The notes below the pieces were generated by a model. The model searched no databases. It was not told the origin of the DNA and saw nothing but the letters and a program-made list of their open reading frames with translations. The translations under genes were made by a program, and so were the position numbers. Of a stretch of 64,000 nucleotides of DNA, positions 20,034 through 31,000 are shown piece by piece. The stretch comes from a virus (taxonomy: Duplodnaviria; Caudoviricetes). The stretch lies in the IMG/VR virus record IMGVR_UViG_3300021387_000452. The stretch is one strand, 5' to 3'. Position 1 is the stretch's first letter, and the number at the start of each line of letters is the position of its first letter.

Positions 20034-20764
20034 GCGTTCTTATCCCAATTGTCATTCCATTCAGATACACCGACTATATTCTCTGTACTAGTCTGATCAA
20101 CATCAGTAGTAAAGCTAACGTACTCAACAGCTTTCTGTTTGTACTTACGATAAATATAGGCGTTTAACTTAACTGTAATTGTTGCTCTATATAAAGCATT
20201 TCCGGTGTCAAAGTTTTCTAAATCTGAAACATCTTCAACTTCTTCAACTATCAAGTGGCATGCTTGCTCTTTGACTAGCTTATCTTGCGATCCATCTGAT
20301 TTAATGTTGTAAAACCCAAGATAAGGAACTCGAAAGAGATTCTCTTGAAGCTCAATCATAATAGTATCAAAGTTATCTCTCTCAAATGAAATAACATCTA
20401 TATAATATGTTAAATCAAAAGTAGAATTTACAACTGATACAGCGTCTTTATGGCCAGAGTCCAAAATTGTTTGATATAACTCAGGGTCCATTTTAGCAAG
20501 ATGATTATCTTTAGCTGGTGAGTTACCAGTTAGATATGTCTGACCTGACTTTGCTCTAGACCATGAATTATACTCTTTAGAAAATATTGGGCATATAGTT
20601 CTACGCACAGTGATGAGCGGAAATTCAATTTCTTTCCCATCTAAAATCTTTCTATCTCTGATTTCCTTTATTGGAATAGTTGGACGCATTATGAAATGCG
20701 TATTATCGAAATAATGCTTGATTCTTTCTGTAAGAGCAATATCATAGTCACGACAATCTAACAT
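20030..20764 (-). CDS. Tail terminator / sheath stabiliser (gp15-like)
   Basis: FPLITVRR...FDLTYYIDV...YRATITVKLNAY pattern; located between neck and sheath genes. Confidence 0.6.
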   Translation of the reverse strand: MLDCRDYDIALTERIKHYFDNTHFIMRPTIPIKEIRDRKILDGKEIEFPLITVRRTICPIFSKEYNSWSRAKSGQTYLTGNSPAKDNHLAKMDPELYQTILDSGHKDAVSVVNSTFDLTYYIDVISFERDNFDTIMIELQENLFRVPYLGFYNIKSDGSQDKLVKEQACHLIVEEVEDVSDLENFDTGNALYRATITVKLNAYIYRKYKQKAVEYVSFTTDVDQTSTENIVGVSEWNDNWDKNA

Positions 20765-21237
20765 TACTCTATCTCCTCATGATCAGTTCTAAGATAATTA
20801 GTCTTCATCTGAGACTCTTCTCTAGGCCTATTCTGCTCTTCTTTATATGTAATTAGCTTAAGTGCATAACTCATATGAAGTAAATATTGGCTTGAAACTT
20901 CTCTTACCTGATAGACATCGCCGTTTGCTAATTTAATAACACTGAACTCATGAATATTAAATTTCTTGCCACAGTACTGAAGTGGAGCAAGAGCAACGGT
21001 AGCTTCACGATCAGCATCTATTGTAGACCATCTTAGATTAGCTAATAATCTTGTATCTACATACTCTTGCAACAAAATCTTGTATGGAATACCTTTATCT
21101 AGAATTCTATCGTCGAGATACATGTTTGTGCTGTGGACATCGTAAACAACGCAGTCTATCCCAAATAATCGAAATGCTTCATCTATAAAGTTAGTATAGA
21201 CGTGCTTCTCTTTATCACTGTATAATAAACTAGTCAT
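20764..21237 (-). CDS. Neck/head-closure protein (gp14-like)
   Basis: EAFRLFGIDCVVY N-terminus, YQVREV motif and gene context. Confidence 0.6.
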   Translation of the reverse strand: MTSLLYSDKEKHVYTNFIDEAFRLFGIDCVVYDVHSTNMYLDDRILDKGIPYKILLQEYVDTRLLANLRWSTIDADREATVALAPLQYCGKKFNIHEFSVIKLANGDVYQVREVSSQYLLHMSYALKLITYKEEQNRPREESQMKTNYLRTDHEEIE

Positions 21238-21241
21238 ACTA

Positions 21242-21628
21242 TCATCTCACATATGTAGATTTCTTTTCTCGCGAAAGCTTTCTTTGCTGAATTGAATTAG
21301 TCTGCCGTTTATACTCAAGATAAAGTCTATGAATAAGATTATTTGTGTTCTTCATCTCATCATACCAGAATCGCTGACTAAGATCATAAACAGCATGATT
21401 TATAAGATCTCTATTATTGAAACGAATAACTCTACCATTTAATCCAAGTGACTCAAGAATATCTTCAGGTGTAAAGTAATTTCTACTATCATCTAAATAG
21501 TATCTTCTATCTTCATTCTTCATCAGTGAGATATGCTTTTTTAATCTGCATTTAAGATACTGAAGTAGATATTCATTGAATTGGAAATCGTCGTATGGTG
21601 ATAGAATTGATTTCATATGTGTATGCAA
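21242..21628 (-). CDS. Hypothetical protein
   Basis: 128-aa ORF in the neck operon; start uncertain (21628 TTG or 21616 ATG). Confidence 0.65.
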   Translation of the reverse strand: MHTHMKSILSPYDDFQFNEYLLQYLKCRLKKHISLMKNEDRRYYLDDSRNYFTPEDILESLGLNGRVIRFNNRDLINHAVYDLSQRFWYDEMKNTNNLIHRLYLEYKRQTNSIQQRKLSREKKSTYVR

Positions 21629-21645
21629 TACTCCAAATACAAAAC

Positions 21646-21687
21646 AAGGGGTGGTGTCTAATATATAGATATTAAACGCTACCCCTT
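21646..21687 (-). terminator. Long imperfect terminator hairpin with ATATCTA at its loop
   Basis: 18-bp inverted repeat with three imperfect pairs, motif at 21666-21672, followed by GTTTT. Confidence 0.65.
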
Positions 21688-21705
21688 AAATTTCACTATA
21701 ATAAA

Positions 21706-22212
21706 TTAGCGATTAAATTTACGGCAAGCTCTGCGACGGCGTGATTCTGTAAAGCGTCTTTCAAGAGCTGCCAAACGATCCTCTAATGAAGGCTGATATG
21801 ATTCTTCAGCTTCAGCTTCTTCCTCTTCAGCTGGAGCCTCTTCTCCACCTTCTTCTCCGCCCTCTTCTTCAGGAGGCATTTCATCTTCAGCTGGAGCCTC
21901 TTCTCCACCTTCTTCACCTCCATCTTCTTCACCTTCACCATCAACAATTGCTAGAGCTTTTTCAAATCTAGCAATAATATCTTCTAGACGAGCAAGAAGT
22001 AAATCAGCTTCAGAAGTATCATTCTCAGTATCAGTCTCTTCAGCTTCTGTAACTAGAGATTCATTTTTAACTTCATCTGTAGCTTCAGCTTTAACTTCTT
22101 CAGTTACAGCCTCTGTAGCTTCAGACTTAGCTGATTCATTTTTAACTTCTTCAGCTTCTGGATTCTCACGAAGCTTACGCATAATTGATTTGATTTCATT
22201 TGTTCTCAACAT
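21706..22212 (-). CDS. Acidic prohead core/scaffold-like protein
   Basis: Very Glu-rich, two KNES sites, C-terminal LEDRLAALE plus basic tail; lies in the head operon. Confidence 0.6.
   Translation of the reverse strand: MLRTNEIKSIMRKLRENPEAEEVKNESAKSEATEAVTEEVKAEATDEVKNESLVTEAEETDTENDTSEADLLLARLEDIIARFEKALAIVDGEGEEDGGEEGGEEAPAEDEMPPEEEGGEEGGEEAPAEEEEAEAEESYQPSLEDRLAALERRFTESRRRRACRKFNR
21824..21915. repeat. 32-bp direct repeat (60-bp period) encoding EEGGEEAPAE twice
   Basis: tcttcagctggagcctcttctccaccttcttc occurs at 21824 and 21884. Confidence 0.85.
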
Positions 22213-22239
22213 AGTTTCACCCTTATATAAGAAAGTAAA

Positions 22240-22893
22240 TTATCTAGTAGCGTAAAATAGCCCTAATACTGTACCAAGCTTTTCTTCTAAAGCGGCTTTT
22301 TCTGTAATCCCCTCTTGCTTCAGCTCTGATCCATTAGTCTCAATAGGAGATCCAGTTATCTTTACTTTTGATCGTATTTCACCCTCTATGCACTTTACTA
22401 AAGCAACTGTATAATCTATAACCCAATTAACAAAATCCTCTGTCATCGTGTCTATAGACTTATCTGTAATTGCTTCTATAGTCCATGGAGAATTACCGCC
22501 GTCAATATACACAGTGTCTCCAACTAATCTAAAGCCTACTTGGTTTAAGTCAGCCTGAACTGAATCTGTATAGTAATTCCACAAAGCGCAATTGACTAAT
22601 GAATTACTACCATTGATTACATAAAAGCCCTGATTGATTGCTTTATCAATATTGATATTTTCATCATTTTCAGCTGATGAAGTTACTCTGACTACAGCAA
22701 ATATTCTGCCATGCTCAAATTGGACCGTCTTAGTATATGTAGTTATGAATTCCATATTATTAAGATATGGGACCACTTTTCGTATAGCAGTTGATATTTG
22801 CTTGTTTATCATCTCGTCAGTAATCGCGAGATCTACAACTGGATAGCCTAATCTAACTTTTACTGTCTCAAGGATATCACATCTATTAAGCAT
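22240..22893 (-). CDS. Neck / head-tail adaptor (gp13-like)
   Basis: VKVRLGYPVVDLAIT...WVIDYTVALVK...GEIRSK...NGSELKQEG is the typical gp13 pattern. Confidence 0.85.
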   Translation of the reverse strand: MLNRCDILETVKVRLGYPVVDLAITDEMINKQISTAIRKVVPYLNNMEFITTYTKTVQFEHGRIFAVVRVTSSAENDENINIDKAINQGFYVINGSNSLVNCALWNYYTDSVQADLNQVGFRLVGDTVYIDGGNSPWTIEAITDKSIDTMTEDFVNWVIDYTVALVKCIEGEIRSKVKITGSPIETNGSELKQEGITEKAALEEKLGTVLGLFYATR

Positions 22894-23416
22894 TTGATTG
22901 ATGTTCCTGTAAGAATGAGATCACATCATCTTTCTTTAGCTTGCAGCTTTCACCAGTGATCTCTTTATATTTTGCTTTTAACTGCTTAAGTGTCCAAGTA
23001 GAATAATCTTCTACTTCTTCAGCTTTAGCTTCTTCAACTGGCTCTTTAGCAGTTTCACTCTCTGCAGCTGGCTCTTCTTTAGGCGCTTGCTCTTCAACTT
23101 TAGCGTCTTCAACTGAAGCTTCTTTTTCTTTAGTCAGCTCTTCTACTTTTTCAGGTTCAGCTGGAGCCTCTTCTTTAACTGGCTCTTCTTTTGGAGTGTC
23201 TTTTATCTCTGGCTTTTTATCTTCTTTAACTGGCGCTTTATCTTCATTCTTTTTATTATCAACAGGCTTAATACAAAGTGCTTTAGCTAATGAAAGATAA
23301 TCTTCATACTCAAGATTAAGAACATTTGAACCTGGATTAAGAAGATATGACTTACCATTTGTAGCATAAACTGTAGTTGGCTTTTTTGAATTAAGCTTTA
23401 ACTTTAACTGAATCAT
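22886..23416 (-). CDS. Head-module protein with a Glu/Lys/Pro linker and C-terminal HeH/Rho-N-like domain
   Basis: C-terminus YSTWTLKQLKAKYKE...LKKDDVISFL. Confidence 0.55.
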   Translation of the reverse strand: MIQLKLKLNSKKPTTVYATNGKSYLLNPGSNVLNLEYEDYLSLAKALCIKPVDNKKNEDKAPVKEDKKPEIKDTPKEEPVKEEAPAEPEKVEELTKEKEASVEDAKVEEQAPKEEPAAESETAKEPVEEAKAEEVEDYSTWTLKQLKAKYKEITGESCKLKKDDVISFLQEHQSNA

Positions 23417-23433
23417 ACGTAAACTCCTATAAA

Positions 23434-24387
23434 TTAATAAAGTCTCTTAAGTCTACGATTTATATATAAACTTTCAAGACGTGAGAGTCGCTTCTCAAGA
23501 TCAGCTAGATATTCTTCTTGCTCATCTGGCTCAACTGGCTCTTCATAAGTGTCTGTTTTATCGCTCTCAAGACTACCGGCTACAGCGTCTTTAAGCTGAT
23601 CAACTTCTCTATCAGCCATTACTTCTTTTGCAGCGTCGACATCAATACAGAGCTCATTCTCAATCTCTTCATCAGACTGAAGTAAACCAACTTTTGCAGA
23701 AATACCTTTGGCTAAATCAACAACTACACAATCATCAACTAATGAAATAACAGCCATTAAGTTATCATTGTCATCATAGCACTCAACAACAGAATCAGAA
23801 AAGTCTTCATTCTTACTTGATTTCCAACTGTAATGCTCACGAAGCATACCTTCAATCTTTCTAAGAATAAAAGCTCTCTTTTCTCTAATAGATTCCATAG
23901 TAGGACGCTCACCAGTCTCGATAGCGTCATTTAACTCATCAAGCTTATCATCAAACATTCTACCACTCTCCGTTGCCTTATTATTAATATAGTCAATTAA
24001 GGCATTCTCTGCTTCTTTATCAGAATTGAAGCCCTTTGACTTGATTAAAAATCTATCTGATATTCTATTCTGCAGCTCATACTGAACAAGCTTAGTAGCA
24101 AGCTGATTAAAGTCACTAATAGATTTCACTTTCTTAGTGCTCTCTTTATCCTGTTCTTCTTTGCTTAGTATATCTGTTATGTCTATATTGTCATTAAATA
24201 AGAGCAATTCTAATGAAATAGACGCATCATTAAATGTAGGTGTAATTTCTATAGACAGCTCACCAGAGTTGCTAAATCTTGTTGGGCAAGATACAGATAA
24301 AGTATTTTTATTAATCAGCTTTGCTGGAAATAGCTCAGAGTTACCGATTGCAGATTCCCATATCTTTTTCCAATCTATATCTGGCAT
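23434..24387 (-). CDS. Acidic head-module protein with a C-terminal LEKRLSRLE tag
   Basis: 317 aa, directly after the capsid gene, with several xxE|S sites. Confidence 0.6.
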   Translation of the reverse strand: MPDIDWKKIWESAIGNSELFPAKLINKNTLSVSCPTRFSNSGELSIEITPTFNDASISLELLLFNDNIDITDILSKEEQDKESTKKVKSISDFNQLATKLVQYELQNRISDRFLIKSKGFNSDKEAENALIDYINNKATESGRMFDDKLDELNDAIETGERPTMESIREKRAFILRKIEGMLREHYSWKSSKNEDFSDSVVECYDDNDNLMAVISLVDDCVVVDLAKGISAKVGLLQSDEEIENELCIDVDAAKEVMADREVDQLKDAVAGSLESDKTDTYEEPVEPDEQEEYLADLEKRLSRLESLYINRRLKRLY

Positions 24388-24458
24388 AATAATCTCCAGT
24401 AAGTTATTAGACAGTAGCTATAAAGAATAGATATTGCATTCATAATGATATACAAAAA

Positions 24459-24486
24459 TACCCAGCTGGGATTAACCAGCTGGGTA
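24459..24486 (-). terminator. Intrinsic terminator after the major capsid gene
   Basis: TACCCAGCTGG/CCAGCTGGGTA stem plus TTTTT. Confidence 0.85.
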
Positions 24487-24513
24487 AATTAGTGTATTAA
24501 ATAATTAATTTAA

Positions 24514-26010
24514 TTAGTGGCGACCAAGTTCACCATTAAGAATTCTACCACGGACATACATAGCTGGGTTGAGCATCTTTACACCATAGTAGCTAACGAG
24601 ACCCTGACGGCCAACAAAGTCATCGAGCATTACAAGATCAGTCTTTGTAATTGGGAGGAAGTCCGCAACTACGAAGCCGGCATCCATATCTGAGCCCTTG
24701 TAACCAACGAGGTAAGAATCTTCTGGAACGTATGGTGAGTAAATAACTTTGATCTGACCTTCGATTTCACCAACAACGAACGCGCCATTGTTAGGAAGTG
24801 TAGCGCCAGTAGCTTTGAAATGATCGGAACCAGCTGATTTAATAATGTTGAGGCCCATACGACCAACAACAACCCAGTTACCAAAGCCACGTTTTGTTTC
24901 AAAGTTGATCTTAGAAGCACAAGCAAAGATTTCGCTTAAGAAGCTGAGATCATGTTCGTGCTGTGAAATGTAGGATGTAACCTGACGATCCCATGTTGAG
25001 GTGTTCTTGGCCTGACGCATGAGGATGCTAATAACTTCATTATCACGTTCCTGACGGATTTCAGCTGTACAAGCATTAACGAGAGCTTCTTCAACGTTGA
25101 TACCATGAACTTTAGAAAGAGCATAGGAAGCGTCGAATGCGAAGTTTGCGCGAATCTTGTGAGGGACAGCTTTGATCATCTCTGTACGGAGACGAAGTTC
25201 AAGACTCTCAGTCTCAGAAGGAACGTGAGAAAGATCCTGGAAGTATGTGAGTGAAACAGTGTCTGTTGCAGCAATTGTTTCACCAGAGTTACCAAGCTCT
25301 AAAGTAAACTCACCACTCTCTGGATTAATTTCAAATGATGGAGCAGTTCCAGTAGCAGCTTTTAACTCAGTGAAGCAACCATCAGCGTCAACTCTTCCAA
25401 CTACCCATGGATCATCATCATGCTTACGACGAGCACGATATGTAACCATCGCTGATTCATTATGGATGTCGATTGGAGTCTCAGGTTTTACCTTAACTGG
25501 TAAATGCATCATAAAACCAGTAACTTTTGTAGTTGAGTCACCTGACGCTGGCTTTACATTAACAGGTTCTTCACTAATGCGTTCGCTAGCGGCCATAATA
25601 CCAGCATCAGCACCACGCATTGCACCCCACTGATCGATGGCGATACCATCTTTCTTAGCGTTACCACGAGTATTGCCATAGGTGTACTGTAAGAAACGAA
25701 TTACACCAAGAGGAGAATCGATTGACTGAACGGAAACGATATCATCAATGATCTGGCTTGCATAAATTGCACTAACCATATCGATGGAGTGCTCAGGGAA
25801 CCAGTCAATGCTATTATACTGAGAAGCAGGAACGCCATCAACTAAAGATTCATTCTTTACATTACGAATGGCTTTAAGATCTGAAAGGGCTTTATTAGTA
25901 TTATTGAGAACGTTTGCAAGTGTGGCTTTAGCATCATCACTCATGCCACCACGAATAGACTCAACTACACTAATCTTGTTTTGAAAAGCTTCAACAACGA
26001 CGTTATTCAT
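24514..26010 (-). CDS. Major capsid protein (T4 gp23-like, HK97 fold)
   Basis: DIVSVQSIDSPLG, EIRQERDNEVI, TKRGFGNWVV, YLVGYKG...AGF and GLVSYYG motifs. Strongly biased codons; AGGAGG RBS. Confidence 0.92.
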   Translation of the reverse strand: MNNVVVEAFQNKISVVESIRGGMSDDAKATLANVLNNTNKALSDLKAIRNVKNESLVDGVPASQYNSIDWFPEHSIDMVSAIYASQIIDDIVSVQSIDSPLGVIRFLQYTYGNTRGNAKKDGIAIDQWGAMRGADAGIMAASERISEEPVNVKPASGDSTTKVTGFMMHLPVKVKPETPIDIHNESAMVTYRARRKHDDDPWVVGRVDADGCFTELKAATGTAPSFEINPESGEFTLELGNSGETIAATDTVSLTYFQDLSHVPSETESLELRLRTEMIKAVPHKIRANFAFDASYALSKVHGINVEEALVNACTAEIRQERDNEVISILMRQAKNTSTWDRQVTSYISQHEHDLSFLSEIFACASKINFETKRGFGNWVVVGRMGLNIIKSAGSDHFKATGATLPNNGAFVVGEIEGQIKVIYSPYVPEDSYLVGYKGSDMDAGFVVADFLPITKTDLVMLDDFVGRQGLVSYYGVKMLNPAMYVRGRILNGELGRH

Positions 26011-27043
26011 ATGAAAACCTCCTGAAATGTGAACACATTCTTTCTAAAATAGAAGTATCTTTTTTATCGAAAATATTTTCTGTTCTAAGACTTTCGTTAA
26101 ACTTAGAGTCATCCCTAAATTTATTGATACTTAGATCATCACTGTCGTTACATTTAATAGATATTGGGTTTGATTTTTGCTGAACTTTTGAAGATGACTC
26201 ATTAACAATCTTGGTCTGAGGAGCTTTAGTTCTACGCTCTTTAGCTTCAGTAATTAACTGCTTTGCTTCTTTTATAAGATTAGATAATTTGTCTTCATAA
26301 GTTACACGATTGAATTTCTTCAAAGAAGCATCTAATGATTCTGATAAACGATTTACAGACTCCAACATTGCATTAATATTGATCTTGTTCTCTCGTTTGC
26401 AGATCTCATTATCCAATGTTCTAATACGAGATTCAAATACTGGATTCTTAAATGACTTCAAAGCTGCAGATGACTCTTTAAGCTCTGATGTAGTCATTTT
26501 CTCTAAAGGTTTAGATATTGGATCAGCTTTTTCTAAACGAGCGCATTTAAAGCCAGGCTCAGTAACAGCATCAAAAGTAATAAGCTCATATGAGTTTTCA
26601 AGGATTACTTCATGGCCGTCTTTCTGAATAGAATCAGCTACTGCTCTAGCAGATATACCGAGCTTAGTACCATATTGAGCTAACGTATTAAGAATTCTAC
26701 CAGTTGGAGTATCAAGAACATCAAACTCGCCATAAAGAAGATTGCCATCTCCATCTGGAACCCAGAGTCTCTTACAAGCAATACCCACTTGTGGATAGCT
26801 AATGTCAATGCGATTTTCAGGGTGACCACCTTCACCCAGCATTGATCTGTTCTTAATACACTCTTGAACTGTAGGGTTATGTAATATCCGATCTTCTACT
26901 AATTTACGTGAATAAATTCTGTTATTTCTATTGACCGCGCCGAACTCCATGCACGGGCCGACTAATGTACAAAGAACTCCAGAAGTCTTATTCTCATTCG
27001 TAGTCTTCATTTCGGATATAATTGATTCAGTAAAAACCTTCAT
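26003..27043 (-). CDS. Prohead protease (T4 gp21-like) with a long C-terminal helical extension
   Basis: NRNNRIYS, GEGGHP (His), GISARA (Ser) and TFDAVTEPG motifs. Start moved to ATG 27043 (GGAGGG RBS). Confidence 0.9.
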   Translation of the reverse strand: MKVFTESIISEMKTTNENKTSGVLCTLVGPCMEFGAVNRNNRIYSRKLVEDRILHNPTVQECIKNRSMLGEGGHPENRIDISYPQVGIACKRLWVPDGDGNLLYGEFDVLDTPTGRILNTLAQYGTKLGISARAVADSIQKDGHEVILENSYELITFDAVTEPGFKCARLEKADPISKPLEKMTTSELKESSAALKSFKNPVFESRIRTLDNEICKRENKININAMLESVNRLSESLDASLKKFNRVTYEDKLSNLIKEAKQLITEAKERRTKAPQTKIVNESSSKVQQKSNPISIKCNDSDDLSINKFRDDSKFNESLRTENIFDKKDTSILERMCSHFRRFSYE

Positions 27044-27084
27044 TATACCCTCCAAAATAGTGTGTATGAATAAACTATATTTAT

Positions 27085-27091
27085 TAGATAT
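27085..27091 (-). promoter_or_regulatory. Candidate late promoter ATATCTA for the protease-capsid operon
   Basis: 42 nt upstream of ATG 27043; member of the recurrent motif set. Confidence 0.65.
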
Positions 27092-27164
27092 TGATGATTA
27101 GTTTCAGTATTGTAGGCTCTTATAATAATAGATAATTAGCATTGAAAAAGTGTGATTATACAGA

Positions 27165-27194
27165 AATAGCGTAGAGAAGCTTCTCTACGCTATT
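27165..27194 (-). terminator. Perfect 30-bp palindrome / terminator, followed by TGTATAAT (27155-27162)
   Basis: AATAGCGTAGAGAAGCTTCTCTACGCTATT. Confidence 0.8.
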
Positions 27195-27216
27195 AATGCA
27201 TTAATTAGTAATTAAA

Positions 27217-27909
27217 TTACCAGCGAATGTTTAGTGGACGGCAATGTTTTACAAATTCCATCATTGTTGGGTTAGGCATACGAGTGCATTCATTGTCATT
27301 GCGAGCACGAGCAACAAGATGAATCTGATAATCACCTGGATCAAGATTTACTGTCTCAGCATTGTTATGAGTTGTAGCAGCGCCAGTTGTAAGAACAAAG
27401 TTAACAGTTACTTTAGTACCAGCTTTTGGAGCTGCAGCGGCTAATCTAACGATGCATTTATCAGCTGGCTCACCCTCAGCAGGCCCAACGATTGTTGGAG
27501 TAGCTCCACCTTCAACGACACAATCACCAACAACTAACTTCTTAGCATTATCATCACCAGAAGCATTAAATAGACCAGAAAGATCTAAATCAGTTGAACC
27601 CTCTGGAACAACACGAGTAATGCTGCCTTTAACAGTAAGAACACACTCATCTGTTTTAATAGCCATACTATCTTCACCAGATGCAGCTTCTGCTTTGTAG
27701 CCAAAGTGACCCTCAGCAACTACGCCGGTACCAACGTGACGAAGATGAATGCTACCATTGGCAGTTTTTGCAGGTACTGCATCAGAACCACTGCCACTAG
27801 CAGCGGCTAACTGAAGAGTAGCATCTGTAATCTTAGCTTCATTTAATAGAGCGGCATAGCCATTAGGATTAACTTTTGGTCCCCAACCTAAATCATCAAA
27901 TTTTAGCAT
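27217..27909 (-). CDS. Probable abundant virion protein (head decoration-like)
   Basis: 230 aa, Ala/Gly/Thr-rich and beta-rich, capsid-like codon bias, own promoter motif and terminator, next to the protease gene. Confidence 0.5.
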   Translation of the reverse strand: MLKFDDLGWGPKVNPNGYAALLNEAKITDATLQLAAASGSGSDAVPAKTANGSIHLRHVGTGVVAEGHFGYKAEAASGEDSMAIKTDECVLTVKGSITRVVPEGSTDLDLSGLFNASGDDNAKKLVVGDCVVEGGATPTIVGPAEGEPADKCIVRLAAAAPKAGTKVTVNFVLTTGAATTHNNAETVNLDPGDYQIHLVARARNDNECTRMPNPTMMEFVKHCRPLNIRW

Positions 27910-28023
27910 ATCAAACCTTCCTTCTTAAGAGTAAGAGAAATAATTACTAAGACTAAAACGAAAACAAAGAATGTAAAAATGAATGATCACTTTTACTCTA
28001 CATTATAATAGATATCATGAAAT

Positions 28024-31000
28024 CTAATCAACGAAGTCATCATCAATAACAACATCTACCCTATCAGCACCAGAATACAATGAAGTCATACCATCAACGA
28101 ATCTATAGCCTTCATTAGAAATGCCACTTCTAGGAACCCAAGTTGTAGTTACGCCAGGTATACAATAGATAGTATTTTCTGGGTGATCTGAATCGTTCTT
28201 ATCATCAACTAAGCAATCAATAATGCCTTCATCTTTTGTAGGATTAAACACTTTAACTTTGTATCTAACTGCACCTCTAGTGTTATCTGAATAGAACTCA
28301 CTATACGAAATATAATTAGACCCATCGAGGCTGATAATTTCATTTGTTGGATCATCAATTGCTTGACTATACTGATCTGTTGTAGTAATGTAAACAAGCT
28401 GACCATTAAGAATTGGCTTAAGAGTCTGCCAACGCATGATATCAGCAAGACCATTCCAATACAGGCTTGATTCTTGATCATACCAAACAAGTGGAGTACC
28501 TGAAGATGTCCCATCACTTGTTAGATAATTTCCATTGTCATCACGTAATATATATGGACATACATGAGTTGTGTAACCATATTTCCATACAGTATCGGTT
28601 GATTGATCCCAGTCAGGCGGCTTTATAGCAATGAAGTCCTCATTAACATACTGTATTGATGAATCATTAAAGATGTATTGGTTATCATTTCTATTGATAT
28701 TAGAATAAACTGTAGCTTCGTACTGAATTAAGACCTGCCCTCTATATATTGGAGTAACGCTTCCAGCTAACATGTAAACGTTATCAGGAACTCGATCTGC
28801 TGTACGCCACAGACGAGGCTCTTCCCACTTAGAAGACCAATACTTACCATTGTAGAAGCGCATTTCGTATGGCTTTGGAATTGCTAAATTATTCTCATCT
28901 CTATATTCTTGATCATACTCATACGCTGCTACTGCAGAAGCCTTTGACGGAGTATAGCCATAGTTACTTATAAGTACTCGCTGTGATTCTCCATCGCCAG
29001 TGTACATATAATCACGATCACTATCATAAATAAAGATGCTAACTGGAACATCAATATCATACCAATTCTCGAGAGTGTAGCCATCAATAATTGATATAGG
29101 TGATTCATAGCAAGCAGCAAATAATTCTTCTGAAATAAACTCTTTAAAGAATCCTACAGCTGATGTTGGATTGCTCTTGTGAGCTTCATCATCGTGATAA
29201 TTAACTAATGTAGAATAGTCATATGTAAGTGCAGAGATTGCATCTGTTTCAGCGTCTTTTTCTTTATCTATGCTAACATTACCATTGAAGATTCCGTACA
29301 TGAATGTATCTTCATTGTCGTTGTCACCATCGAATGACCCGTCTTGATCGCTATCTGATACATAGCATCTATAGTATGTAACAATGACACTGTCTTTCTT
29401 ACGTCGAGCGTAATTGATCGGCACATACTCGTGATCATCAATGTCTATTCTAGACGGTAGTACTTCAGCTTTATCTTCACTATCTAGTGTGCTATATGGT
29501 ATGATTGATAATTTATATGGATATTGCGCGTTTGACTTCTTATAAAGATTCTCATCAAAGTAAGACCAGCCAATATTACCAGTAGCAATGAAGTAAATCT
29601 CATCTTCATTTGGAGATAAGTACTTAGGCTCTCTTATTTGATGACTAGTTGAAACTGCACTGTCATCAGCAGTATAATTCATGTAAATCGGATCGACCCA
29701 CTGATACGCTTTTCTAATTACAACTGGATCATCTGCTAAGTATCTCACGATTGGAGAATCTTTTTCAGCCACGATACCAGTTTTCTGATCAAGATCAGAA
29801 CCATCTGAAATGATGTTATTTACGTTGACCCATAATAAAGACTCAAGATCTGATAATGGAAGACATTCACCCTGAGGCTTTATATTATCCCAGCGTAAGA
29901 TCTCTTCTTTATATAAACTATCACTACCAAGCTTAACTTCAACTTCTATCTCAATCTGTTCATGACCATTATAAAATCTATCCAAGTACTCATACAATGT
30001 ATAGTCATCTTCAGATGTAGAGAATATGAACAGATTCTTTGATGAGCTTTGTTTGTCAATTGGACCAAGCACTATTACATTCTCAGGATGTTCAGTGTCT
30101 GACTTATCTGTAATTGATATCACAAAATGATAATCACTACTAATAGGGAGCGAATCTCCAAATGCCGATAGTATAAAGCATCTATAAGCAGCCGACATAA
30201 CGTGATATGATATATACACGCTTCTAACAGTAGGGTCGCTTTCACTAAACTGTGAATATATAAGTGGCTCAGCAACTGCTTGTTCATTAGTAAGAACTTG
30301 ATCTGCATCATACGTCTTATCTACATGAAGAGCATAGCAATTTAGCTCACTAGCTTTAAGAGGTAGCTCATCTAGCTTATCGATTTCTTTATCACTACCA
30401 AGATTCCAAAGTCTGTTTGGAGTGATTCCCTTATATCTATCACGCATCTCTGCATTAGCAGCTTCATCGAGCTCTGGGATGTAATGAGTATGATGAAATC
30501 TAAATGTGTACCAAGCTGTGCTTACTAAATTCTTGAACTCTCCATTATACCAGAACTTTGGATCTATTCTCCATATAAGTGTTGGACTAAACCCCAGACA
30601 TCTGCAGCCATAGAGAACTCCAAGTGCATATGAATACATTGCATTGTAGTCTAGAAGCTTGTAAATCTGCCCATTCTTTCTACGCTCACTGTAGTATTCA
30701 CTCAAAGTCATATTATACGCCTTTAAATACTTAGCAATGCTAGCGTCTTCAATGTCTGAGGTGTCGATCAAACTCCCACCAGAATAGTCAGCGTCTGAAA
30801 AGATATCTCTAATCTTCTGAGCCTGTCGATCATATAATGTAGCAGTTTCACTAGACTCAAGTCTAGACATTGAGCTGTTCAAGTCTATAGACTTATTATT
30901 TACATCATTCCTAAATATAATAGGAACCGTTCTATCAGACCCAGTACCAGTGAGCTCATTAAGAAGAAGTTTAAGACCATTACAGTTAAATCTCAAATAA

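Noticed and set aside
1-20764. Extracellular contractile injection system rather than a phage
   Set aside because: Portal, capsid, prohead protease, neck and replication genes are contiguous with the tail genes.
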